This document shows positions 37,182 to 49,544 of a stretch of DNA of 64,000 bases, in pieces. The stretch spans positions 49,848,001-49,912,000 of the forward strand of contig OX597821.1 in NCBI GenBank assembly GCA_951406725.2, written 5' to 3'. The stretch is from Octopus vulgaris (Eukaryota). The notes below the pieces were generated by a model, which did no database searches, was not told the DNA's origin, and worked only from the letters and a program-made list of their open reading frames with translations. The first letter of the stretch is position 1, and each line of letters starts with the position of its first letter. Position numbers and translations under genes: made by a program.

Positions 37182-37957
37182 GCTGGTGGGACTCGTAAAA
37201 ATTCTACAGAACGAAAAGGAATGAGAGAAGCTATTTAAGAAAGAAAGGATGAGGTGCATTTTTACTTTTATTTTACTTAGTTATTTTACTTCCATTCACA
37301 GTATATTATATGATCTTAAAATTTCCCTCACCTAAGCATTTTATATTTCCCTGTTTCTCTCTACCTTTTCAACAAACTCTTTAATCATGCAATTCTCCTT
37401 TTCATCTCTGTCCCTGTCTCCCTCCCCCCTCTCTCTCTCTCAATGTAACTGCCTACCCTGTCCATCTCTTTCTGTCTGCCTTTCATTAATTTCATCACCA
37501 GAACATCGCCCTCTGCTAAATATTGTATCATAAACATATCTCTTTCTCTTTATCCTCCCCTCCCCACCCTACCGCACGGCGTTAACATTTTTTTTTTCTT
37601 TTCTCTCCCCCTTTTCTCTCTCCTTCTTTTCTCTCTCTCCCTCTTTTCTCTCTCTCCCTCTTTTCTCTCTCACTTTTACTCCACCTATCTTACTCAAGTA
37701 TACAGGCAAACGAACGAGCAGATTATCATATAGATTATTATTATTATTAAGGCAGAAGCAGAATTATTAGCACACCCAACAAAATGCTCTGCGGCATTTC
37801 GTCCGTCTTTACGTTCTGAGTTCAAATTTCGTTGAGGTCGACTTTGTCTTTCATCCTTTCGAGATCGATAAAATAAATACCATTTGATCACTGGGGTCGA
37901 TGTATTCAACTTAGACCCTCTCCCGAAATTGCTGGCCTTGTACCTTTAGTAGAAAGA

Positions 37958-38039
<82 letters not shown>

Positions 38040-38830
38040 CCTCGTAACACAGTCTAGGTAAAAATGCACCGGAGTCTTTAGTCACCTGTCAAGTCACAAA
38101 ATAAGACCTTAGACATATAATGCTTTCCTTAAGATATGCGCTGTGCCCAATAAGGTTGCTTTGTGCAAAACATCAATCTTGCATGGGATTTCCAGTTACC
38201 TTAAAAAGTCTTGAAGTTTCAATGGGATTGAGCCCAAACGCTCTGATTACCACTGGCATCACTTTTACATTACCCTCTCGCATTCCATACAGTCTTGTCA
38301 TTTCCACTTTCAATTCGGAGTACTTGGTGATTTTTTCAACCTCTATACTCACAACATTCATGTCATTTGGTATAGCTACATCAATGATCAAACAGTATTT
38401 GTCTCCCTTATTCAATACGACAACATCCGACCGAAGATGTTCAATTATACGATCCGTCTGAAAATCATAGTACCAGAGTATCGTTACTTTTCCATCCTCT
38501 TGCATAACTTTACTTGGTACATTGCTCATACCAGTTCTTTGTTATTTCATATTGGTGTTTACGGCATAAGAGCCAATGAAGATACCCACATACTTTATTG
38601 TGGCGGCGTTTGTATTCTTTTTGTGCAAGGCTCTCACATCTACTTACCAAGTGGGTCACATTTTCCACACTCTTTCCACAGAGTCTGCATTCCTGGGTGT
38701 CAGAAGTTTTTATAGATGTTATACTCTACTGACTTGGTAGCGAGAGCCTGGTCTTGTGCAGCAGTGATCGGGCTTTCGGTGGTATGCCTCAAATCACCTC
38801 GCTCAAGCCATACCCACGATGCTAACTATT
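38040..38830 (-). mobile_element. Diverged Dong/R4 3' end
   Basis: ILWYYDFQTDRIIEHLRSDVVVL...IIDVAIPND...EKITKYSELK; 3' end abuts (TTA)n at 37970-38038. Confidence 0.8.
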
Positions 38831-39404
38831 CTACCAGCCTTAAATAAATAAATAAATATCGATTTCACGTTTTGGCACAAGGCCAACAATTTGGGGGAGT
38901 GGGTAAATCGATTACATCGACTCGAGTGCTTAACTGGTACATATTTTATCGGCCTCCGAACGATAAAAGGCAAAGTCGAACTTGGCGCAATTTTAACTCA
39001 GAACGTGAAGACGGACGGAATGCTACAAAGCATTTTGTCCAGCGTGCTAATGACTTTGCTAGCGAACCACCTTAAAAATAAATAAATAAAAAAATAAATA
39101 AATAAAAAAATAAACAAATAAATAAATAAATATTATCACTGCACTATTCGAACTCTGGTAAAGGGGACGTAACTAAAGACTTGTAGAGATGAATAAATTA
39201 TCTTATATATGTAGTTACGTCCCTTTGGAATGGGGTTTCATCTCACCTTTTATCCTTCTTGGAGTTAAGAATAATTAATGTACGAGTTGAGAACTGGCGA
39301 TTTCATCGACAAACCACTTCTTCTTATAAATCTATATATTTACGGCTCTGTTTTTGTGCTATAAATTATTATTATTATTATTATTATCATCATCATCATC
39401 ATCA

Positions 39405-39442
<38 letters not shown>

Positions 39443-39444
<2 letters not shown>

Positions 39445-39671
39445 TTTTTTTTTCTTCTTCCAAATTTGCTTCCATTTCTTGCCGAGTGTCTTCCCGACTC
39501 CTAGGGCAAAGAAACTCATAGTATACATTGGTAGGCCATTAAACCAAACTCAATAGTTCGTTCATTTTTTTTTTTTTTTAACTTAAAATACATGAGCAGC
39601 AACAGTTCTCACATCGACAATGCTCTTCTCAATACGTGTGATGTACCAGTTAAGACAATCTCACATCACAC

Positions 39672-39744
<73 letters not shown>

Positions 39745-40620
39745 CATTGTTGGTGGTGGTGTTGTTGTTCAAGAAGACGTCGCGCGTTATCCAATATTAT
39801 GATGTTGTAGATTGATGATATTGTGTCCACCAAGGATTTGTGCTGTCTGCCATGTCACAAGGATCTGAGACAGGCAGTACTTCACGCAATATGCGTGCAG
39901 TTCCAAGAAAAAGCCAATTTTTGCAATACACCAAGATAGTAAGGTATTTCTGAAGTGTCTAGACGCTTCTTCAGTTTCGGCGCTATTGAACCCAATGTTC
40001 CGATGACAACAGGACCCACCTTTACATTCGACTCTCGTAGCTGCCATATCTTGGCGATCTCAATTTTCAGGTCTCCATATTTGTCTGTCTTTTCTCATTC
40101 TTTCATAATATATTGATCTGGCACTGCCACGTCAACTATTAGGCGCTCTTGCTTGTGCCTCTTAAACGCTACTATATCCGGCCTCCGGTGATCTAACACC
40201 TTATCTGTCTGGAAGTCAAAGTCCCAGAGAATCTTTGCCTACTCGTTTTCGTCCATTATCTTTTTCCGGTTTGTGTTGGTGCGAGGCGTCCGTTACCTTA
40301 TATCCACACTTCTGGCATTGTAGCTAGTGAAGACTTAATGATACCTTGTCGCGTCTACGCTTGTACTATTTCTGTGCAAGACTTCCACAAGCTCTAACGA
40401 TGTGAGTCATGCTATCAGCCTTCTTCCCACACATTCTGCTGAGGTTCGTTGCACATGTGTGGTATAATATCGTTTTTCATTGAATTAGTGTTCTTGGTAT
40501 TCGATGCCTGGTCCTAGGCAGCGATGATCAGGTTTCAGTCCTCACTTTAAGAACACCTTTATTGAATTACATCCATGATTCTTCTTGGTCTTTTAAGTTG
40601 TTAATTTCGTGGGAGTAGCA
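39443..40620 (-). mobile_element. Further Dong/R4 fragments (3' end 39443-39670; CCHC/RLE piece ~40000-40620)
   Basis: The 3' UTR ttcttgccgagtgtcttccc..cctagggcaaaga matches 35835-35880; KILWDFDFQTDKVLDHRRPDIV on the minus strand near 40170-40240. Confidence 0.7.
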
Positions 40621-40745
40621 GCTCGTGATTGGAATTCATTGGCACTCTCAACCTCATTGTTAGTAAATCCTTCTACCAGCATACTACAGTATACTATAGC
40701 CTTCCTTGCATACTATAGCAGATCTCGCTCACGATTATCATTATT

Positions 40746-40748
<3 letters not shown>

Positions 40749-40794
<46 letters not shown>

Positions 40795-41335
40795 AGTGCA
40801 TGCCATCAAAGTGACACTGGAGTACAAATATACGAAGCTCAGTATACCCATCATGACTACGTCTGATAAAGGTACACTAGGCACATGCATCACAGCGATA
40901 TGTGCGCGACGTGGTGATCTCATATCAAGATAAACAGGGCATGACCTTGCAGGTGGAGTCCAGTTAGAATTTTCTTCTGGTCGAGAAGCCTATCCCGCTC
41001 AAAAGGTCCCTGAATAAGATTTGTTTAAGGATGTTGAACGAAACACCCATGTCTCCAGAGGTGAATTATTCAAACCCCGAAGAATTCCTATCAACGCATG
41101 ACTATGATGCTCCCCAACTACTTCTGCTTGTGATCAGAGATGCACATATTATCAGCCACCAAGAGACATGCTCAACTGGTTAAGGTCAAGCAACTGACAA
41201 GAAAATCTATGATACTGAGTAGAATATTTGCTGTAGCCCATCTTTTATACCAAGACAAAACAATGTACATGATAATACTTCCAATCAGTTAAGATCAGAA
41301 GCCATGAGAGCCACTACTTGGTCCAGCACCAGAGC

Positions 41336-41336
<1 letters not shown>
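40749..41336 (-). mobile_element. ~590-bp non-coding element bounded by (AAT)n at both ends, ending in (TC)n
   Basis: No ORF or tRNA box recognised; partial second copy at 34979 with the same 5' junction type. Confidence 0.65.
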
Positions 41337-41399
<63 letters not shown>

Positions 41400-41995
41400 G
41401 CCTTTGCACAGCTTCTACGCTTGAGATGTACTAGTGTCAGCTGTTCACTACCAGTGAACTAAGGTAACACCTCTTATTTTTCGAGCACCTTCCGGAGTAT
41501 TCGAGCGGTTCCTAGCAGTGCAGTTTTGTGCAAGTGCTCCACCCTTATTGCAGCCCCTATTTGTTCAACGTACTTCTCGAGATTTTTGCTCACTGTTTCC
41601 GGGGCTCCGACAATTATTGGTAATACTGCTACCTTTTTCATCGATCACAAGTGCTTAACTTCACAAGCTAACCTGTCATATCTCTCAACTTTTCTTTCTT
41701 CCTTATCGCATACCTTCTTGTCAGCTGGGCATGCTATATCTATGATCCAACATAGTATTTGTTTTCTTTCTCAATTAAGACTATGTCTGGCTTCCTATTC
41801 TCTATTACATGGTCGCACTGAATCGAAATAGCCCTTAGGATCTTTGCATTTCTATTTTCGAAGATGTCTTCAGGTTTGTGGTCGTACCAAATTTTTTCTC
41901 TGTCAAGTCCATACTTGTTGCAAAGTGTTCAATGGACAAGCCTGGCGATATTGTCGTGGCGTCTCTTATATTCCTTCTGGGCTAGTGGCGTACAT
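41400..41995 (-). mobile_element. Diverged Dong/R4 3' end
   Basis: KRRHDNIARLVH...RKPDIV...CWIIDIACPADKKVCDKEERKVERYDRL...VEHLHKTALLGTARILRKVLE on the minus strand; (TTA)n on both sides. Confidence 0.8.
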
Positions 41996-42012
41996 TATCA
42001 TCATCATCATCA

Positions 42013-42061
<49 letters not shown>

Positions 42062-42394
42062 CATCATCATCATCATCATCATCATCATTTTATGCTGTGA
42101 AATAAAGTCTTGTACAAGGGCACAATGCACTACCTGTTCCAAAACACGAACCCACGTCCTAACGATCGTAAATGCGCTTTCACTGTAGTAATGTAATAAA
42201 TAAATAAATAAATAAATAAATAAGAAAAAGCAATAGATGTGAAAATATTTTAGAATTTGCATGAAAATAATCAAATTTCTAACAAAAGAGAAAAAAAATT
42301 TGTGATATTGATTCTTGTGTGAAAAATATTTTTCTCGTGAACTTAAAAATACGAAACTAAAATACGAAAATAATCTTTTTTAAAACAGAACATA

Positions 42395-42485
42395 TAATGA
42401 CGTTAACAACCAACTGTGTGACGTTTTCTGCATACGTTGTAGGAAACAGCCATTGTGCTGGGACTGAGTTCCCTGAAAATTTGTA
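42395..42485 (+). promoter_or_regulatory. Likely proximal promoter/5' UTR of the PAK1IP1-like gene
   Basis: TGACGT CRE-like sites at 42398 and 42419 and a YY1-like GCCATT at 42449, immediately upstream of the ATG at 42486; locally CpG-retaining. Confidence 0.4.
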
Positions 42486-42566
42486 ATGGAAGGTCCAATA
42501 ATCGAAATAATTGTCGGAACATACGAAGAATTGATATTAGCCTATCGTGCAACGGCTGTTGGTGAT
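42486..42566 (+). CDS. PAK1IP1: PAK1-interacting protein 1 / Mak11-like WD40 protein, coding exon 1
   Basis: MEGPIIEIIVGTYEELILAYRATAVGD (family N-terminal I.VG.YE motif), GTAAGT donor, phase 0. Confidence 0.88.
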
Positions 42567-43346
42567 GTAAGTTGAAAACTCTTTTATTGGACTTTATCTA
42601 TGTAGAAAACATCAGCGAGATGTAACTGTCTGACCACGTGGGATAGAAATACAGAGATGAGATGTGTATGCGGAGATATCTTCTTGAGCATTCAACATCT
42701 TAATACAAGATGGAAATGTAATTTACCGATAGATAACTGTATTTCAGTGTCTTATATAATAGCTTTAATTCCCTTTTTATGCAAATATATCAATTCTGTA
42801 TGTTGTTGCTAGGTAGTCAGTTTCTGAATCCACGAAAACCCATAGCGCTAGTCTTTTTCTCCGTTCACTTTTCCGTAAGGTTAAGTTTATGTGAATCAGG
42901 AAACTATTAAAACAATACATTTTGGACTGCTGTACAATGTCAATATCTCGATTATAAAATATTGTATTGTGAAAACATTCGCTTCTTAATCATGCGCCTT
43001 TTAACTCTATTGTTTTACAATGTCTATGTTTAATAACACTAGTTGGGAGAACTCTTACAGACTGCGTGACTAATTCAGAGAAGTTCTTGCTAGTAAGAAA
43101 AATAGTTAACGTGTGATTTAAGGGCGATTTAGCTGTTATTTTTACACGACTCATGACCACCTGATACCTTCCTCATTCCATTGTTACGTTGACGTGTTGT
43201 TTTTCAATTTTCTTTTCTCCCCATAAAAACATTTAATGGAATGATGATACATACAAGAGTGGTCCATTGCAGGTATGCAAGCAAATAAATTCGGACTGTC
43301 AGTATTTTAAACTTTGATTTAACAATATATATATATATAGATATAT

Positions 43347-43722
43347 AGGCGCAGGAGTGGCTGTGTGGTAAGTAGCTTGCTTACCAACCACATGGTTCCG
43401 GGTTCAGTCCCACTGTATGGCATCTTGGGCAAGTGTCTTCTGCTATAGCCCCGGACCGACCAATGCTTTGTGAGTGGATTTGGTAGACAGAAACTGAAAG
43501 AAACTCGTCGTATATATGTTTGTGTGTCTGTGTTTGTCCCCCTAGCATTGCTTGACAACCGATGCTGGTGTGTTTACATCCCCGTCACATAGCGGTTCGG
43601 CAAAAGACACCGAAAGAATAAGTACTGGGCTTACAAAGAATAAGTCCCGGGGTCGATTTGCTCGACTAAAGGCGGTGCTCCAGCCTGGCCGCAGTTAAAT
43701 GCCTGAAATAAGTAAAAGAGTA
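43347..43722 (+). mobile_element. Full-length tRNA-head SINE (most abundant family in the window)
   Basis: ggcgcaggagtggctgtgtggtaag (A box)...gggttcagtccc (B box)...central (TA)/(TG)...ccagc.tggccgcagt...gaaataagtaaaagag. Confidence 0.88.
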
Positions 43723-43967
43723 AAGAGAATATTTCTTAATAGTTGTATGTATTCCCGTGTATAGAACACAAATTTATAGAAGTTTTCTGAAAATTCCAAA
43801 AAAATATAACAGGTTGTATAAGGTGCAGAAGATAATCTGGTTGAATCTACAGAAATAATGTAACAGCATCTGAGTTTTGTCCTATCACACAAATTTAAAT
43901 TGAGCAACCAACAAATAAAATCAGTACCTTACTGGATTTTGACCATTAGTTCAGTGAAACTTGGGCA

Positions 43968-44193
43968 TTAATCCTTTAACATTCAAAATTCTCTCTTAAA
44001 AGTAATGCTTATTTATTCACATTGTTTTGAATTAATCATGCATTATCTCATAGCTTGGAGATTTCAATGATGTGATGGTTTCTTTTCAGAATGACATTGT
44101 AGAGATTGTGTGAGGCCAGATCTGGCCAGTTTGAACATAAAACATGTAGAATGTTTTGGCCAGATATGGACGGTTTAAATGCAAAAGGGTTAA
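43968..44193. mobile_element. piggyBac-type MITE
   Basis: TTAA...aaagggTTAA; orientation opposite to the copies at 46877, 55821, 57160 and 59159. Confidence 0.8.
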
Positions 44194-44328
44194 GTATAAT
44201 TGAAACTATGAAGGAATAACAAAGAACTTGTTCTAAAATTGGGTGTATGGTAAGAAGTTTGCTTCCCTACCACATAGTTTTGGGTTCAATCCCACTGTGT
44301 AGCACCTTGGGCAAGTGGGCGTTCCTTC

Positions 44329-44906
44329 AAGATACCACTTGAATGAGGTGACACTTGTTTACAACTACTGTGATGTCATGGCAAGGAAACAGTAACATAT
44401 ACATGCACAATGGATTTCTTTCAACTTCCCCCGGTCAAATCCACCTACAAGGCTTTGGTCAGCCTGGGGCTATAATAGAAAACACTTGCTGGTATTCCTT
44501 CGTTTTAACTCGACAAAACCATAACAAGTCCTCGGTTGTTTCCCTGTCAACTCGACATTTCACTTCGGATATCTTCGTGACCTCCTTGACAGTATGCTTA
44601 TTTGTTCTTACCTGCTTCATGTGTGTATGTAAAATCCGCAAATTTTTGGATGTCATGAAGATATCCGAAGTGAGTTGTTGAGTTGCCATAGAAACAACCA
44701 AGGTCTTGTTATGATTTTGTCAAGTTAAAACGAAGGAATGCCAGCAAATGTTTTCTATTATAGCCCCAGGCTGACCAAAGCCTTGTAGGTGGATTTGACC
44801 GGGGGAAATTGAAAGAAGTCCATTGTGCATGTATATATGTTACTGTCTCCTTGCCATGACATCATGATGGTTGTAAACAAGTGTCACCTCATTCAAGTGT
44901 TATCTT
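44329..44906. repeat. Long fold-back: ~257-bp inverted arms (44329-44585 / 44648-44906), 62-nt spacer, in intron 1
   Basis: Arms about 90% identical by eye alignment. Confidence 0.92.
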
Positions 44907-46461
44907 TCATTTTCAATCTTCTATGAAAATATTTGTTCATGGGGAAACAGATGAGAGTTAGCAACAGGATGGGCATCCAGCCATACAAAATTTGCTTCAA
45001 CATATTCCATCCAATCCATACAAGCATGAACAAGTAGATGTTGGAATGATGATAATTATGAAACCTGGTTTACCCTGATGTTTGTTCAATATGATCCTGT
45101 CATCATCTAGTAGCTCCTGGTTTTTACGCTTATGTCTTTTTGTCAGATTCTTGTGGGTATTATATTCCATCAAGTTCTATAACCTACAAAGTTTGCATGT
45201 ATTCAAGTGGAACAATCTCCTTCCTCCATCTTTTCCTGTCATCTGTCAACTTCATGGTTTTCACCATCTCCTTCTCTCTGTCTGGTGCCAAATTAGTTTG
45301 AGACAACAGCATTAAAGCAAATTAGTATTCAAACTTTTCATAAGAATTGTTATGACAATGTTTGTAGCATCTGTCCATGCTTATCCATAGATGCAGGGTT
45401 CGGCTGCTATGGGATTTTACTGTAAAAGAAAATGATGGCAATGCTTCCAGCATGGCTGCAGACCCCTACCTGAAACTATATTCAGTAATTCAGTCATCTT
45501 GCCTTAAATATATGCACCTATCTTGGAATACTGAATATTCCTATTACTCTTACCTCTATCACAAATCATTCTCATCACACACTCATTCATGCCTCTATCA
45601 TACTTCTTCTGTGAAAAGACTGAGCAGGTGATGTAGCATTTTGAAATCTCTTTTGCCATGAGGAAATGACACTTCTCTAGTGCTGGGACCGCTATAAAAA
45701 GTATTCAATAGTCTCTATAAAATGGTTGATGTTCAGAAGGGCATCCAGCCATAGAAACTTAGTAAAAAATCAAACATAGCCAGGACATGCCCATGACCCT
45801 TGCAGGCCCTCCAAGACTGGTGAGATTGATCAACATTTTCAGCAAAGGCATAGACTGAAGAGGAAATACCAGAGGGATAATGTTGTGGAGAGGAAGGATT
45901 GGAAAAGACAGTGTTGAACGTCAGTGAGTGCCTGAGTAGTGGAGATATGAGACTGGTTTGTTCCAAAGAGTAAAGGTTATTATCAGTGCAATAGAAAAGA
46001 CAGAAAGGAGACAGTACTCTTGGGGATGGGAGGCTGAAGTGTGTCTGTTGACAATGGAATGTCAGTCAGCTTGAGTGGCCCTTCTCTGGGTATGATCTAA
46101 GATGTCTGTGTGCACAGCTGCAGCACTACCTCAAATGTGGGTGCAGTACTCCTTTGTCGGCCTCACTTGAGCTTTGTAAATTGTCATCAGTTGTCGGGAG
46201 CTGAAATATCTTCTGACCCTAAAGAGAAGTATATGGGCCTAGCTAACCTAAGAAAGAATGCACTTTCACTTGGAGAGCTTCAACAAATAATGATTGCTCT
46301 GTCATAATGTTATTATGCAAATCTCTCTTGATGTTTACATATCATCAATAATATCAAATTATTACTAAAATAATGTAAATTAAGAAAAAGTTATTTTATT
46401 TAAAATTTTCTTATTTTTGGATTTTATGTGATTCTGTAGAATCATTGATTCTAATTGATAA

Positions 46462-46815
46462 TCATCATCATCATCATCATCATTTAGCGTCCGTTCTCCA
46501 TGCTAGCATGGGTTGGACGGTTCAACTGGGGTCTGTGAAGCTGGAAGGCTTAATCAGGCCCAGTCAGATCTGGCAGTGTTTCTATGGCTGGATGCCCTTC
46601 CTAACGCCAACCACTCCGTGAGTGTAGTGGGTGCTTTTTACGTGCCACCCGCACAGGTGCCAGACAGAGCTGGCAAACGGCCACGAACGGATGGTGCTTT
46701 TACGTGTCACCAGCACGGGGCCAGGCGAGGCTAGCAACGGACACGAACGGATGGTGCTTTTACGTGCCACCAACACGGGGGCCAGACAGAGCTGGCAAAC
46801 GGCCACGAAACGGAT
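46462..46815 (-). mobile_element. 5'-truncated RTE LINE 3' end, near-identical to 50285-50640
   Basis: (CAT)n tail, ttagcgtccgttctccatgctagcatggg...gctggatgcccttcctaacgcc and three ~61-bp repeat units. Confidence 0.88.
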
Positions 46816-46876
46816 GATAATGTTTTAAAGAAATCCTCCACTCAAATTCATTGCATTGAAACACTAGCAGAGGAGA

Positions 46877-47068
46877 TTAATCCTTTAGCATACTGTTTTA
46901 TGCTCAAACTGGCCAGATCTAGCCTCACACCAATCCTACAATATCATTCTAAAAATTAAGTTAGCTCATCAAAATCTCAAAGCTACAAAATAATGCATGG
47001 TTAATTCAAAATAATGTGAATAAATAAATATTACTTTTAACAGAATAATGTGAATGCTAAAGGGTTAA
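46877..47068. mobile_element. piggyBac-type MITE
   Basis: TTAAtcctttagca...tgctaaagggTTAA. Confidence 0.8.
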
Positions 47069-47255
47069 TTACTAAATATTACTACTAACTTAACTTTCAT
47101 GCTTTTGAGGTCCGGAAATTTTTTAATTGAGATAAAAATAACTTGATTATAATGTAAGAATTTAAGAGATACTGAATGTATCAAATTGTTAACAGTAAGT
47201 CGTTGGAATGTGTTAATTATTGTGATGTTTATTCACTTCATTTATTTACTTTCAG

Positions 47256-47424
47256 AATTGGCAACTTGAGGAAAGTTTCACAGACCATTCTCATTCAGGT
47301 TGTGTCAGAAATGTGGCTACGTCAAACAACCGGAATTTCCTGGCCTCAGGCGGTACAGATGAAAATGTATGGTTGTTCAATCTCAATTCTCGGAAGATGA
47401 TTGGCTCTCTCGTTCAGCATGAAG
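47256..47424 (+). CDS. PAK1IP1: PAK1IP1-like exon 2
   Basis: tttcag acceptor; NWQLEESFTDHSHSGCVRNVATSNNRNFLASGGTDENVWLFNLNSRKMIGSLVQHE(G); GT donor, phase 1. Confidence 0.92.
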
Positions 47425-47451
47425 GTATATTATATCTTTATATGTCTGTGC

Positions 47452-47505
<54 letters not shown>

Positions 47506-47684
47506 TCATCATCATTTAAAGTCTGTTTTTCCATACTGGCATGGGTTAGACAGTTTGACTGGAACTGGTAACCTGGAGAGCTGTGCCAAGCTCCAGTCTT
47601 TTTGGTTTTGATTTCTACAGCTGGATGCCCTTCCTAACAGCACCTACCCCGTAGAGTGTACTGGGTGTCTTTTGCATGTTACCA

Positions 47685-47733
<49 letters not shown>

Positions 47734-48288
47734 TCAAGAACTGAGAAAGATGTAAAGTTTGTGTGTTCACCAGACTGGTAGGCGTTGAGGTGTTTGGTAG
47801 TTTCTTAAAGTATGTGTGTTGGAAATTCAATTATTTTATTGAATAGCTAATATTACCACATTTAATGAGAAAATTTTAAAGTGATACTTGTCTATTTTCA
47901 CCAGCAGAGTCTCTCTTGCAGCAAGAAATCTGTTCCTGTTTTTATACGTTATCATTTCACTTCACCTCACCAATCTTCTCTCTCTCTCTCTCTCACTTGT
48001 AGGTTTTTTTTAGTTTTTGCAAGTTCAAGGCTACTCCTCTTGTGCAGTACCACAAAAAAAACACCCAGTACATTGTAAAATAGTTGATTGGAAAGATATC
48101 CAACCAAAGAAACTATGCTAAAACTGAGATTGAGAGCAAATTGCAGTCCTCCAACTTGGATGTTATCGGCTTTTCCAAACCATGCAAACTTATGGGGTTT
48201 GGGGGTAAATAATTTGACTAAATATAATTATTTAGGCAAGTACTGTTGATAATCCTGTATATTACTAGCACTTTTTCTGTTTTTGCAG

Positions 48289-48409
48289 GTTCTTTAACCC
48301 ACCTACAATTTCATCAAGGTAGTCACCTGTTCACATGTAGTGAAGATGGTACCATGTGTTTGTTCCAGACAGTCACTTGGGAATGTCTACGTGTCTTTAG
48401 AGGACACAA
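48289..48409 (+). CDS. PAK1IP1: PAK1IP1-like exon 3
   Basis: tttgcag acceptor; SLTHLQFHQGSHLFTCSEDGTMCLFQTVTWECLRVFRGH(K); GTAAGT donor, phase 2. Confidence 0.92.
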
Positions 48410-49416
48410 GTAAGTTTAACTTTATTCCAGTTATTTTATTCTGATCAAGCAGCTTACAAATTTGATATGCTTTATTTGACAAGGTATTTCAAGTGGATCT
48501 TTTCACAAGAGACCTTTCAGTAAGATATGACACAATAGAAAATTCTACAGTAAGTCTAGCTAGTAAATTCCTTGGTCTGAAGATGAGAATTTAAAAGTTC
48601 CCTTTAGCCTGGACTGCTATCGTTTCTGCCAGCTCACTGCCTTTAGAATTAATTTGCATGAAGCAAATTCTATAAATGTTTCCCTAATGCAACATAGCAA
48701 GCAAATTTCCTGTTGTATTAACTATTAATTAAACAATTCTGCTGTATCCAACTTCATTCAACAAAAGGTGAACTGTTGCAATTGTTATTTGATTGGAATA
48801 AATTCAAAGTTAACAGATGACAAATTTTTTTCTTTTAGTCCTCTATCAGAAATATTTGGTATCAAGCTCATCAACCGAGATTTTGCATTATTGAATGTTA
48901 TTCTGATTCGTTAGTTTGTATGTCATTTATGATTTAAATAGTTAAATTCTACCTGCTGTTTTACAAGGAGATGGTTTACTATATGTTGATAGACATTTAT
49001 GCACAATGTCAAGAAGTTCAGATTCTGAATTTATCCCCATTGTGTGAAGCCAGTGTCTTCTACTATAGCCTCAAATCAGTCTATCTTGTTAGTGGAACTG
49101 TGAAAGCATGTTGGATGACCTGTACAAGTAATTTGAAGGTCTAACCTTTTATATTTCTAGCACTTTCATGTCCTGCTAAATCTGCATGGAAATTATGTAA
49201 TACCATTCCATCTGAGACTGCTTCAAATTTGTTAATACAAAAATCACTTGTTTGAAGATTTTCATACCTTCCATCATAATTTCTCTAAAAATGCCTCCAA
49301 ATTCTTGATTTATTTTAAAAATAAATTGAATCACATAGTCAATGTATTTCATTCGAAGTATGGACACAAAAGAGCAAATTGTAATTCTTGATTTTTTTTT
49401 TTTTTTTTCATTTCAG

Positions 49417-49544
49417 AGCAGGTATTAACTGCCTTGCTGTCCATCCTTCAGGCAAATTAGCCTTCACTGTATCCAAAGATAAAACCATGAAAGCATGGAA
49501 TCTAATTAAAGGTGTTCGTGCTTACACCACCAACCTGAAACGAG
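49417..49544 (+). CDS. PAK1IP1: PAK1IP1-like exon 4
   Basis: AGINCLAVHPSGKLAFTVSKDKTMKAWNLIKGVRAYTTNLKR; HPSGKLA...DK...WNL.G is the family signature; phase 1. Confidence 0.95.
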
